DNA of 64,000 nucleotides from Eubacteriales bacterium. GTDB lineage: Bacteria > Bacillota > Clostridia > Oscillospirales > CAG-272. Under the pieces are notes generated by a model. The model saw nothing but the letters and a program-made list of their open reading frames with translations, was not told where the DNA came from and ran no database searches. Positions 9,301-17,259 of this stretch are shown one piece after another. The stretch covers positions 1,808-65,807 of the forward strand of contig JAZULL010000100.1 in NCBI GenBank assembly GCA_045603085.1. Direction: 5' to 3'. Each line of letters starts with the position of its first letter. The first letter of the stretch is position 1. The position numbers were made by a program, and so were the translations under genes.

Positions 9301-10158
9301 CTACATCGGCAAAACGCCGATGGGCAAAAGCGTTTGATAAAGATCAAGCAGGGCTTCCCTTTCTTGAACGTTGGCAATGCCCACGCGCACGGTGGGAAGG
9401 GCGGCAGGATTTGGCAAGCAGCTCGCGAGCGTCGCGGCGGCGCGCAAGGCGCGCGCATTGCGCACTGTCAGCACGATCTGTGTAAGACATCCGCTCTGTT
9501 GCAGATATGCAAGCAGGGCGCGCCACGCATCGACGTGGGTAAAATCCGATTCCACGTACAAAACCGAGCCGCGCTCGGCGCACAGCTTACCCAGCACGCG
9601 CAGGGTCTGCGCGCTCAGATGGTCATGCTCAACGGCTGTCAGCGTCTCCCTTTCGACTTCGCAAAGCCGTTTTGCCGTATATGGGTTGGGTCTGACAAAG
9701 CTTTCGATCTGCACCGTCACGCCAATTGCCTGCACCGGTGCATGCAACAGCCGCATCATCAGCTCGGTTGTGGGAGTGGCATAATAGGCTCGCCCCAGAT
9801 GCAACGTGCAAAGCTGCTCTCGCGCGGGGGGGATAAATGCGATCTCACAAACCGCCGGAAGGCTTGGGGCTTCCCCCTGCCCCGTCAGCGCGTATGCCAC
9901 GGCGTGCCAGAGACCGTCACAGCTCTCGGGGCAGATCGGGATCTCGCGCCCCAGCAGCTCCCCGATCAAGTCGGCATCGGATTTGAGGACGGGATGTCCC
10001 TTACACAGCGGCATGCAAGAGGCGTACGCATAAAATCTATCATAGTCCGAGCCCACGTCAAGCAAATTTTGCGGCACGCCGCAGGCGATCATGAGCGGCG
10101 TTCTGTCCGCGGTCTGCATCAGCAGCTGCCAGATATTTGTCGGCTTACGCATGCACAT
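9301..10158 (-). CDS. hypothetical protein (285 aa), no confident family assignment
   Basis: GGAAGGAGGG lies 6 nt upstream of ATG 10158 and the composition is protein-like. The overlapping plus-strand ORF 9289-10299 is R/H/Q/G-rich and looks like a shadow ORF. There is a faint resemblance to the central part of glucuronate-isomerase/amidohydrolase-type proteins, but the N-terminal metal-binding His motif is missing. Confidence 0.55.
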   Translation of the reverse strand: MCMRKPTNIWQLLMQTADRTPLMIACGVPQNLLDVGSDYDRFYAYASCMPLCKGHPVLKSDADLIGELLGREIPICPESCDGLWHAVAYALTGQGEAPSLPAVCEIAFIPPAREQLCTLHLGRAYYATPTTELMMRLLHAPVQAIGVTVQIESFVRPNPYTAKRLCEVERETLTAVEHDHLSAQTLRVLGKLCAERGSVLYVESDFTHVDAWRALLAYLQQSGCLTQIVLTVRNARALRAAATLASCLPNPAALPTVRVGIANVQEREALLDLYQTLLPIGVLPM

Positions 10159-10312
10159 CCCTCCTTCCTGACCCTTATTGTATCATACCGCGCCCGAATT
10201 TGCAAGTTTTGGGCGTTAAAATGTGAATTTTTCCGAAAATATTGCCCACATCTCTATACAAATTCCGAAAATTGTGATATAGTTATACTATCTATATAAT
10301 ATGGAGAAGTAT

Positions 10313-11128
10313 ATGCTTTGTGATTTACACACGCACACACGCCACTCGTTTGACGGCGACCCTGCCGCCACGGCACACGCCATGGCCAAGGCCGCGCTGG
10401 ATGCGGGCGTGGGAGTGCTTGCTCTGACCGACCATTGCGAGGTCAATGGCCAGGTGGAGGGTATTTACGAATATTTTGACCAAAAGGCGTCCTTTGACGA
10501 GGTAAACGCGGCGCGCGATGCTTATGCAGGTAAGCTGACTCTGCTTCGCGGCATTGAGCTGGGACAGCCCATGCAATATCCAAAGGAGGCCGAGCAGGCG
10601 CTTGCGGCACACGACTATGATTTCGTTATCCTCTCGGTACACAATCTGCCCGCCGTTCCCGATTTCTATCTTTTGCGCATGGATCTGATGTCCGCGCGTC
10701 AGCAGCATCAGCTGTTTGACCGCATGCTGGACGAAATACTACGCTCAGTGGATTTTCCCGGCATCAGCACGCTGGCACATCTGACCTACCCCTGCCGTTA
10801 CATGGGCAAGGCGGGTGCGGACTTTGACATCACCGAGCACGTGCCCAAGCTGACCCGCCTTTTTGAGCGCATGGGAAAGCTGGACGTGGCCTTGGAGGTC
10901 AACGTTTCCACGCTGTGGAAGGGGCTGGGCTTTGCCATGCCCGACCGCCGCGTGCTCGAGCTTTACAGATCGGTCGGCTGCTCTATGGTCACGGTCGGCT
11001 CCGACGCGCATGCGCCAGAAAACGTGGGTCGCAGCATCGCCGACGGCTATGCCCTGCTTGCCGAGTGCGGATTTGACCGCATCCGGGTCAAGTGCCGAAA
11101 CGGACAAATTCAAATTCCTATTCAATAA
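10313..11128 (+). CDS. PHP-family phosphoesterase (histidinol-phosphatase-like)
   Basis: MLCDLHTHTRHSFDG, LTDH and SDAHAPENVG motifs. GGAGAAG lies just upstream of ATG 10313. The ORF-track start at 10301 sits directly on a TATATAAT box and has no RBS. Confidence 0.8.
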   Translation: MLCDLHTHTRHSFDGDPAATAHAMAKAALDAGVGVLALTDHCEVNGQVEGIYEYFDQKASFDEVNAARDAYAGKLTLLRGIELGQPMQYPKEAEQALAAHDYDFVILSVHNLPAVPDFYLLRMDLMSARQQHQLFDRMLDEILRSVDFPGISTLAHLTYPCRYMGKAGADFDITEHVPKLTRLFERMGKLDVALEVNVSTLWKGLGFAMPDRRVLELYRSVGCSMVTVGSDAHAPENVGRSIADGYALLAECGFDRIRVKCRNGQIQIPIQ

Positions 11129-11141
11129 AAGAGGTTTTATC

Positions 11142-12755
11142 ATGGAACTGACTTTCTTTTCTCTGCTCTACCCGAGCGAGCAATCTCAAAAGGATCATTT
11201 TTCCGGCAAATACCTGCCCGATATTGATACGTATACGCTCTCTGAGCTGGGTCTTTTGGAGGCCTTTGATCTCAAAAACAGCCGTGTGGAGGAGTATTTC
11301 ACCATCGATCCCGCCGTCATGCGCTACCGCAACGAAATGTTTGCCGACATGCTTCGCTGTCCCGCGCTGGGTGAGACCCTGAATGCACTCATACCCATTC
11401 TTTCGGATATCATGGAGCTTCGCCGTCTGGAGAGCGACAGCGGCGACACCAGCGATTACCTTTCCAGCATGACCGAGATCGAGCTTTACATCTCCTGCAT
11501 CGAGCTTTTACACCAGGGCTTGAGCGCGGCGCGTCCCTACATCAAGGGCGCGGCCTTTACCACGCTTGCAGACCGCATCGCGGAGCTTGCGGATTCGGAT
11601 TACTACCGCGAGCTCAACGCCCGCCTTGCCGAGCTGACAAAGCGCGTGCGCGACATCAAATCGGTGACCATCGGCGTCAATCTGGACGCCCAGCTTCGCC
11701 CCGTGCATGCGGGCGTTCTGTCCATCAACCCCGAGCCCTTTAAATCGGGCGACGTGATCGACAAGATCCTGCGCCTGAACTTCAAGAATGACCGGTACAC
11801 CTGCATTGCCAACCTCGTTCCCTTTGGCAAGAAGCAATCCGAGAACCAGAAAATGGCACTCTCGCTGGCATTCAACTCCGCCATCAACGACGTTTACAGC
11901 GACTCGCTGCGCTCCTGGAAAAAGATCGTGCAGTCCTACGTTCTGGAAAACGCCGACTTTTTGCTGGGACTGATGCCCGAGATCGAATTTGTGACCAAGG
12001 CATCGGCCATGCAAAAGGCACTTTCCGAGCGCGGATGCGTGCTGACCGTGCCCGAGATCCGTCCCATGTCCGAGCGCACCTTTGTGGCCTCCGACCTCTA
12101 TAACCCCTGCGTGGCGCTAAAGCTTAGCAAGGATGAGACGGTCGTGCCCAACGACGTGGAATTTGACAAGGACGGCGTGATGATCTGGGTACTGACCGGC
12201 CCCAACCGCGGCGGTAAATCGGTTATCACCTGCGCCATCGGTCTTGCGCAGGTCATGATGCAGCTGGGCATGTACGTGCCCGCACAGCATGCGCGTATCA
12301 GCCCCTGTGACGCCATCTACACCCACTTTCCCACCGGTGCGGACGACACCATTGACAAGGGTCGTCTTGGCGAGGAATGTGCAAGACTTGGCGAGATATT
12401 TGACAACGTCAGTGCCGATTCCCTTGTCCTGCTTGACGAATCCCTGTCCTCGACCGGCTCTTACGAGGCGTCGTATATCGCCGCAGAGGTGCTGGCAGGT
12501 CTTGCACGCGTCGGCTGTCGCTGTCTGTTCTCCACCCACCTGCATGAGCTGGCGGCTGAGATCGACCGACTCAACGCAGAGTCGATTGCCGCAGGCGGCT
12601 CGCGCATTGACACGCTGGTTGCGGGTATTGAGGGAGAGGGCAAGAGATCCTTCAAGATCGTGCGCGCCAAGCCCGACGGAAAGTCCTACGCGCGTGACAT
12701 CGCGCAGCGTTACGGTCTGACCTTTGACAGCATCTTGGAAAAAATCAGTAAGTAA
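11142..12755 (+). CDS. MutS-family ATPase paralog (domain V type, no mismatch-binding or Smr domain seen)
   Basis: Walker A GPNRGGKS, Walker B LLDESLSSTG and the MutS signature FSTHLHELA. AAAAGAGG RBS before ATG 11142. The ORF-track start at 10863 overlaps the upstream gene. Confidence 0.8.
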   Translation: MELTFFSLLYPSEQSQKDHFSGKYLPDIDTYTLSELGLLEAFDLKNSRVEEYFTIDPAVMRYRNEMFADMLRCPALGETLNALIPILSDIMELRRLESDSGDTSDYLSSMTEIELYISCIELLHQGLSAARPYIKGAAFTTLADRIAELADSDYYRELNARLAELTKRVRDIKSVTIGVNLDAQLRPVHAGVLSINPEPFKSGDVIDKILRLNFKNDRYTCIANLVPFGKKQSENQKMALSLAFNSAINDVYSDSLRSWKKIVQSYVLENADFLLGLMPEIEFVTKASAMQKALSERGCVLTVPEIRPMSERTFVASDLYNPCVALKLSKDETVVPNDVEFDKDGVMIWVLTGPNRGGKSVITCAIGLAQVMMQLGMYVPAQHARISPCDAIYTHFPTGADDTIDKGRLGEECARLGEIFDNVSADSLVLLDESLSSTGSYEASYIAAEVLAGLARVGCRCLFSTHLHELAAEIDRLNAESIAAGGSRIDTLVAGIEGEGKRSFKIVRAKPDGKSYARDIAQRYGLTFDSILEKISK

Positions 12756-12765
12756 GGAGTACACC

Positions 12766-13245
12766 ATGGATAAGATTTTGAAAGCATTGGAAGATAACGC
12801 CACGCTGACCCCCGAGCAGCTGGCTGTCATGTTTGATAAGGAGCAGGGCGAGATCAAGGATCTGATCCGCAAGTATGAGGCTGACGGCGTCATTCTCGGC
12901 TACAAGGCCATGATCGACTGGGACAAGACCGACCGCGAGTACGTGACCGCACTCATCGAGGTCAAAATGACCCCCCAGCGCGACCGCGGCTTTGACCGTG
13001 TGGCAGAAAAGATCTACAACTACCCCGAGGTGCAGAGCCTTTACCTGATGTCGGGCGGCTACGATCTTTGTCTGGTCATCGAAGGCAGAACCATGAAGGA
13101 GGTGGCCTACTTTGTGGCGCAGAAGCTTGCGCCCATTGAGTACGTCATTTCCACCGCAACCCATTTCGTACTGCGTAAGTACAAGGACAAGGGTGTCATT
13201 TACGGCGCAGAGGAGATCGACGAGAGAGGCATCAGCGATATATGA
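12766..13245 (+). CDS. Lrp/AsnC-family transcriptional regulator
   Basis: 159 aa with an N-terminal HTH (ILKALEDNATLTPEQLAVMF) and a RAM-like C-terminal domain (ALIEVKMTPQ...YDLCLVIEG). AAGGAG precedes ATG 12766. ATGA overlap with the downstream aminotransferase. Confidence 0.8.
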   Translation: MDKILKALEDNATLTPEQLAVMFDKEQGEIKDLIRKYEADGVILGYKAMIDWDKTDREYVTALIEVKMTPQRDRGFDRVAEKIYNYPEVQSLYLMSGGYDLCLVIEGRTMKEVAYFVAQKLAPIEYVISTATHFVLRKYKDKGVIYGAEEIDERGISDI

Positions 13246-14408
13246 ACTACGACAAGCTACTTTCCCGCACAGTTTCGGAGCTAAAGCCGTCGGGCATCCG
13301 TAAATTCTTCGACCTTGTCGGAGAAATGACCGACGTGACCGCTCTGACGGTAGGTCAGCCGGACTTTGTCACGCCGTGGCATATCCGTGAAGCAGGTATT
13401 GAGAGCCTGGAGCGCGGCAAGACCTATTACACCTCCAACGCAGGTAACCTTTCCCTGCGCGCCGAGATCAGCAGATATCTGAAAAGAAGATTTGACCTTG
13501 ACTATGCTCCCAAGGATGAGATCGTGGTCACGGTTGGCGGCAGCGAAGCCATTGACATTGCCATCCGCGCCATCGTGGAGCCGGGCGACGAGGTCATTAT
13601 CCCCATGCCGTCCTTTGTGTGCTACGAGCCGATCGTGCGCATGGCAGGCGGCGTACCGGTCATCATCAACACCACCTACGAAAACAAATTCAAGCTGACC
13701 GCCGCCGAGCTGAAGGCTGCCATCAGCGAAAAGACCAAGCTGCTGGTGCTCCCCTATCCCAACAACCCCACGGGCGCGATCATGGATCGGGATGATCTTG
13801 AAGCCATCGCGGCTGTACTGCGCGGCACCAATATTGCCATTCTGTCGGATGAGATCTACGCCGAGCTGACCTATGACCAAAAGCACGTTTCGATCGCGAC
13901 GTTGCCCGGTATGTGGGAGCGTACCGTGCTTGTCAGCGGATTTTCCAAGGCATACGCCATGACCGGCTGGCGACTGGGCTACCTCTGTGCGCCCGCACCC
14001 TTGGCAAAGCAGATGCTCAAGATCCACCAGTACGCCATTATGTGCGCACCCACCACGGCACAGTTTGCCGCCGAGGAGGCACTTCGCAACGGCGACGCCG
14101 ATATTGAATACATGGCCGAGGAATACAACCGCCGCCGCAGATACATCTATGCGGGGCTGGCCAACATCGGCATTGAGTGCTTTGAGCCCGAGGGCGCGTT
14201 CTACATCTATCCCTACATCGGCAAATTCGGACTTTCCAGCGAGGAATTCTGTTCAAGACTTTTGCTGGAGCAGAAATGTGCCATCGTTCCCGGCACGGCA
14301 TTCGGTGAATGCGGAGAGGGCTTTGCCCGTATTTCCTATGCGTACAGCGTCAAGCACATCACGCAGGCGCTGGAGAAGATCGAGGCGTTTGTCAAGACTT
14401 TGAAATAA
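13242..14408 (+). CDS. class I/II pyridoxal-phosphate-dependent aminotransferase
   Basis: 388 aa. NPTG motif (YPNNPTGA) and PLP-lysine region SGFSKAYAMTGWRLGY. Confidence 0.88.
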   Translation: MNYDKLLSRTVSELKPSGIRKFFDLVGEMTDVTALTVGQPDFVTPWHIREAGIESLERGKTYYTSNAGNLSLRAEISRYLKRRFDLDYAPKDEIVVTVGGSEAIDIAIRAIVEPGDEVIIPMPSFVCYEPIVRMAGGVPVIINTTYENKFKLTAAELKAAISEKTKLLVLPYPNNPTGAIMDRDDLEAIAAVLRGTNIAILSDEIYAELTYDQKHVSIATLPGMWERTVLVSGFSKAYAMTGWRLGYLCAPAPLAKQMLKIHQYAIMCAPTTAQFAAEEALRNGDADIEYMAEEYNRRRRYIYAGLANIGIECFEPEGAFYIYPYIGKFGLSSEEFCSRLLLEQKCAIVPGTAFGECGEGFARISYAYSVKHITQALEKIEAFVKTLK

Positions 14409-14418
14409 GGAGAACGAT

Positions 14419-14739
14419 ATGGAAGACATATTGGGTGGCATTTTGGAAGTCGTATTTGAGATCGTGGCAGAATTTCTGTTTGAGTTTTTCTTCCCACATC
14501 TCTCGCTTTACCCGCTTTTCCCGAAAAAGGAGCGCTCCAAAAAAGCGAGAATTCTGCTTCAATGCATCTGCTACGTTCCCGCTGTCATCGCCATTCTCGC
14601 ACTCTTTTCCCCTCTCGTTTGCTTAATATTCGGGCTCTCTCAGTCTGCAGTGCTGTTCTGCTGTATTCTGGCCGGCATCAACTTAGCGTTTGTCGCGGTT
14701 GTGTTCGTTATGAATCTGGCATTCAAAAGAAAAGAATAA
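14419..14739 (+). CDS. small hypothetical membrane protein (106 aa)
   Basis: AAGGAG lies 6 nt before the ATG. Two to three hydrophobic helices are visible, and an intrinsic terminator follows. Confidence 0.55.
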   Translation: MEDILGGILEVVFEIVAEFLFEFFFPHLSLYPLFPKKERSKKARILLQCICYVPAVIAILALFSPLVCLIFGLSQSAVLFCCILAGINLAFVAVVFVMNLAFKRKE

Positions 14740-14743
14740 CCAA

Positions 14744-14774
14744 AAAGCCAAATCCTTGTGGGTTTGGCTTTTTC
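14744..14774 (+). terminator. intrinsic terminator
   Basis: 12-bp stem AAAGCCAAATCC / GGGTTTGGCTTT with a TTGT loop, followed by T residues. Confidence 0.75.
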
Positions 14775-14836
14775 TATTCCCGGGCGCTTTCTCTTGTATA
14801 TTTTCTCCAATAAAATTTTGTTTTTCTTTTTATCTA

Positions 14837-14865
14837 TTGACAATATAATGAATATATAGTATCAT
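14837..14865 (+). promoter_or_regulatory. promoter candidate (TTGACA-17 nt-TATCAT)
   Basis: TTGACA at 14837-14842 and TATCAT at 14860-14865, in an AT-rich gap upstream of the gene at 14931. Confidence 0.4.
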
Positions 14866-14930
14866 GTTAATAGCGATGGTACATATTTCGATATTTCGTA
14901 TCATTTATCAAACCTAAAAGGAGACAGACC

Positions 14931-16382
14931 ATGAAAAAACTTTTAGCTCTTATTCTGTTCGCAACCCTTTGCATCGGTTGCCTGTGCGTCGGTATTTCGG
15001 CCGAGGACACCGAATACACCGCTGACACCTGGGCAAACGCCGAGCTCAAGGGCTTGTTCTTCCAGGACGGAGAGTACATCTACTCTGACCTTGCCGAAAA
15101 TTATGAAGCTTGGTGGTGGGAGGACTACGTTGAAGAAATCGACGAATATCCCATTGCCGCTTACGTCAACATGCGCGGCTTTGCAATGTCCGCTGACGGC
15201 AAGTTTGCCTACATGGGCACTCTGAACGGCGGTACCGGCGTTCGCGGCGTTGTCGTTCTCAACACCGCTACCGGTTGTATTACCGACCTCTACTACAAGT
15301 ATGACGGCGAAAACGGCCTTGCAGGCTCTGCTTTCTCTTATGCCAAGGGCATTGATGCAGACGATCGCGGCTACGTTTACACCGGATTTGCTTTCTCCAA
15401 CAACTACAACCTGCTCAACCTCGGCATTGCCAAGCAGCTGGAAAACGGCAAGCTGGAAGAGGTTTACTACGGTGCTGTTTATGACAACGGTCAGGTTCCC
15501 GGTGACTCCGCCGGCACCAAGGTTGGCGTGAATGGCGTTGAGGTTGCCAAGATCGGCGACAAGTACTACTGCTTCGTGATGTCCAACTACCAGCACGACG
15601 CTCTGTACTGCTTCGACGTAACCGATCCTGCCGCTCCCGTTCTCAACAAGGACTTCGGTATTGACGGCGTGATCGATTTCAACGATGCAGACTGCACCAT
15701 CGACATTGACGGCAAGCATCTGGACGAGGGTCAGTACCTCGAGGTAGATACTGACGGTACCGTTTGGCTGTGCGCCTCCCTTAAGGAAGGCGGCACCGGC
15801 ATTATCAAGATCGATGCTACCGGTATCACCTGCCTTGGCTACACCGAGCACGAAAGTGCTTACTGCATTTCTCACTACGGCAACTTCCTGCTTGTTGGTC
15901 TTAAGAACGGCACGGCCATCAACGTGCTGGACGATTCCACTATGGAGCAGGTAGCAACCATTGAGATTCCCGATGCAGACCGCGTTACCCGTATCCGCGT
16001 AATCAACGACACCCTGTACGTTTGCGGCGCAGGCGCTGACTCCATGCCCTACAACACCATCTATGCAGCTCCCCTGACCGCCGAGGCGCAGGCTGCTCTG
16101 GATGCACAGGTTGCAGTGCTCGACGCATTCCAGCAGACCGACGTGTCCCAAGAAGAGACCACCGAGGATCCCACCGAGGATACCACTCCCGAGGAAACCA
16201 CCGAGGCTCCTCCCATAGGCGAACAACCCACCGAGACTGACGACGTCACCACCGAGGCTCCCTCAGGTGAAGGAACAACCGAGGCTCCCAAGACCGAAAA
16301 GGCTTGCGGCGGCATCGTGGGTGCTGGCGTTCTGGCCATCATCGCGCTTGGTGCATGTGCCGTTACTAAGAGGAGAGATTAA
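14931..16382 (+). CDS. exported, C-terminally membrane-anchored surface protein (possible beta-propeller) with a Thr/Glu/Pro-rich stalk
   Basis: Signal peptide MKKLLALILFATLCIGCLCVGISA. Blade-like segments recur (YVYTGFAF, YYCFVMSN, VWLCASL, FLLVGLKNG, LYVCGAG). The stalk runs TTEDPTEDTTPEETTEAPP...TTEAPK, and the C-terminus has a TM helix plus KRRD. Confidence 0.7.
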   Translation: MKKLLALILFATLCIGCLCVGISAEDTEYTADTWANAELKGLFFQDGEYIYSDLAENYEAWWWEDYVEEIDEYPIAAYVNMRGFAMSADGKFAYMGTLNGGTGVRGVVVLNTATGCITDLYYKYDGENGLAGSAFSYAKGIDADDRGYVYTGFAFSNNYNLLNLGIAKQLENGKLEEVYYGAVYDNGQVPGDSAGTKVGVNGVEVAKIGDKYYCFVMSNYQHDALYCFDVTDPAAPVLNKDFGIDGVIDFNDADCTIDIDGKHLDEGQYLEVDTDGTVWLCASLKEGGTGIIKIDATGITCLGYTEHESAYCISHYGNFLLVGLKNGTAINVLDDSTMEQVATIEIPDADRVTRIRVINDTLYVCGAGADSMPYNTIYAAPLTAEAQAALDAQVAVLDAFQQTDVSQEETTEDPTEDTTPEETTEAPPIGEQPTETDDVTTEAPSGEGTTEAPKTEKACGGIVGAGVLAIIALGACAVTKRRD

Positions 16383-16412
16383 TTCCCTTTAATAACCTAA
16401 ACCACCACGGAT

Positions 16413-16441
16413 GGCGTGATGCTCCACAGGAGTATCACGCC
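16413..16441 (+). other. stem-loop downstream of the surface-protein gene (no U-tract)
   Basis: GGCGTGATGCT / AGTATCACGCC forms an 11-bp stem with a 7-nt loop. It is not followed by a T run. Confidence 0.5.
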
Positions 16442-16615
16442 ACGATATAAATCCCTTGCAGGATTTGCGATATACGCTGACGCGTGCGATATATCTTCGA
16501 TGCGATATGCCCTGCGGGGCGTCAGGGGATTTATATCATATCGCGCCGAGCATAGCGAGGCATATCGCAACCGAGTATAGCGAGGTTATATCGCATTCGC
16601 AAAGCGAATATATCG
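16442..16615. repeat. cluster of short GCGATAT / ATATCGC dyad repeats plus a 25-nt-period direct repeat
   Basis: GCGATAT occurs at 16467, 16486 and 16502. Its complement ATATCGC occurs at 16538, 16562 and 16588, with a variant at 16604-16615. GATATAAATCCC (16444) is complementary to GGGATTTATATC (16525). The direct repeat ATAGCGAGG(n)ATATCGCA lies at 16552 and 16577. Confidence 0.7.
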
Positions 16616-16627
16616 TCTGACAGAAAA

Positions 16628-16665
16628 AAGAGAGGACATTTCGGTTTTCCGATTTGTTCTCTCTT
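16628..16665 (+). terminator. intrinsic terminator (extended hairpin plus T-rich tail)
   Basis: AAGAGAGGACA / TGTTCTCTCTT stem enclosing an inner TCGG-TTTT-CCGA, followed by TCTGCTTTT. Confidence 0.65.
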
Positions 16666-16824
16666 TCTGCTTTTAATAGGGAGGACTTATTTCCGTGGCT
16701 TTTTTGTGACTACGCAAAATTTTTCGGAAAAATTTCTCAAAACCTAGAACTTTTTGCAAAAAAATCCGACTATATAGATAGAGGGTAATACAACCAACGG
16801 TAGGAAAATTATTTCTCTACCCTC

Positions 16825-16853
16825 TTGACAAACAGTTTGATATGTTGTATTAT
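16825..16853 (+). promoter_or_regulatory. sigma-A-type promoter (TTGACA-17 nt-TATTAT) of the GntR-ABC operon
   Basis: TTGACA at 16825-16830, an exact 17-nt spacer and TATTAT at 16848-16853. Confidence 0.65.
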
Positions 16854-16874
16854 TGTATTAGTACAATAGTACAA
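16845..16874. promoter_or_regulatory. 30-bp dyad-symmetric operator candidate overlapping the -10 box
   Basis: TTGTATTATTGTATTAGTACAATAGTACAA has 13 of 15 positions self-complementary (checked pairwise). It lies directly upstream of a GntR-family gene. Confidence 0.55.
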
Positions 16875-16893
16875 GAAACGGAGGGACACAACC

Positions 16894-17259
16894 GTGATCA
16901 ATCTCACCCCCCAGTCGTCCGTATCGCAGCAGCTGCTTTACAAATACCGACTGGACATTACAAACGGGAAATATCCGCCCGGAAGTCAATTCCCCACGGT
17001 GCGCGCGCTGGCTTACGAGGAATCGGTCAATCCCAACACCATGCAAAAGGTGCTGACCCTACTCGAGCAGGACGCCTTACTGATCAGCCACGGCACCAAG
17101 GGCAGATTTGTCACCGAGGACACAGCCGTCATCGCGCACGTAAGACTTCTTTTGCAGAACGATTATCTGCAAAGAGTCAGAGAGAGCGCGCGACAGCTTG
17201 GCATTACCAAGCAGCAATTTATGCAATTTTTAGAAGAAAGTGAGGACATAGACGTATGA
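16894..17259 (+). CDS. GntR-family (YtrA-like, short) transcriptional regulator
   Basis: 121 aa with winged HTH FPTVRALAYEESVNPNTMQKVLTLLEQDALL. GTG start after ACGGAGGGA. ATGA overlap with the ABC ATPase gene. Confidence 0.85.
   Translation: MINLTPQSSVSQQLLYKYRLDITNGKYPPGSQFPTVRALAYEESVNPNTMQKVLTLLEQDALLISHGTKGRFVTEDTAVIAHVRLLLQNDYLQRVRESARQLGITKQQFMQFLEESEDIDV

Noticed and set aside
10301-10312. ORF-track start of the PHP gene at ATG 10301, which could be leaderless because it abuts TATATAAT.
   Set aside because: The downstream ATG 10313 has a GGAGAAG RBS and gives the canonical MLCDLHTHT N-terminus. A leaderless start would need TSS evidence.
16419-16580. 53-aa ORF (MLHRSITPRYKSLAGFAIYADACDISSMRYALRGVRGFISYRAEHSEAYRNRV) inside the repeat-rich region.
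   Set aside because: Its sequence is dictated by the GCGATAT/ATATCGC repeats. It has no RBS and it starts inside a hairpin, so it is more likely a by-product of the repeat element than a gene.
16442-16615. Possible CRISPR array suggested by the repeated GCGATAT boxes.
   Set aside because: The repeats are only 7-9 nt, irregularly spaced and present in both orientations. There is no leader and there are no cas genes in the window.
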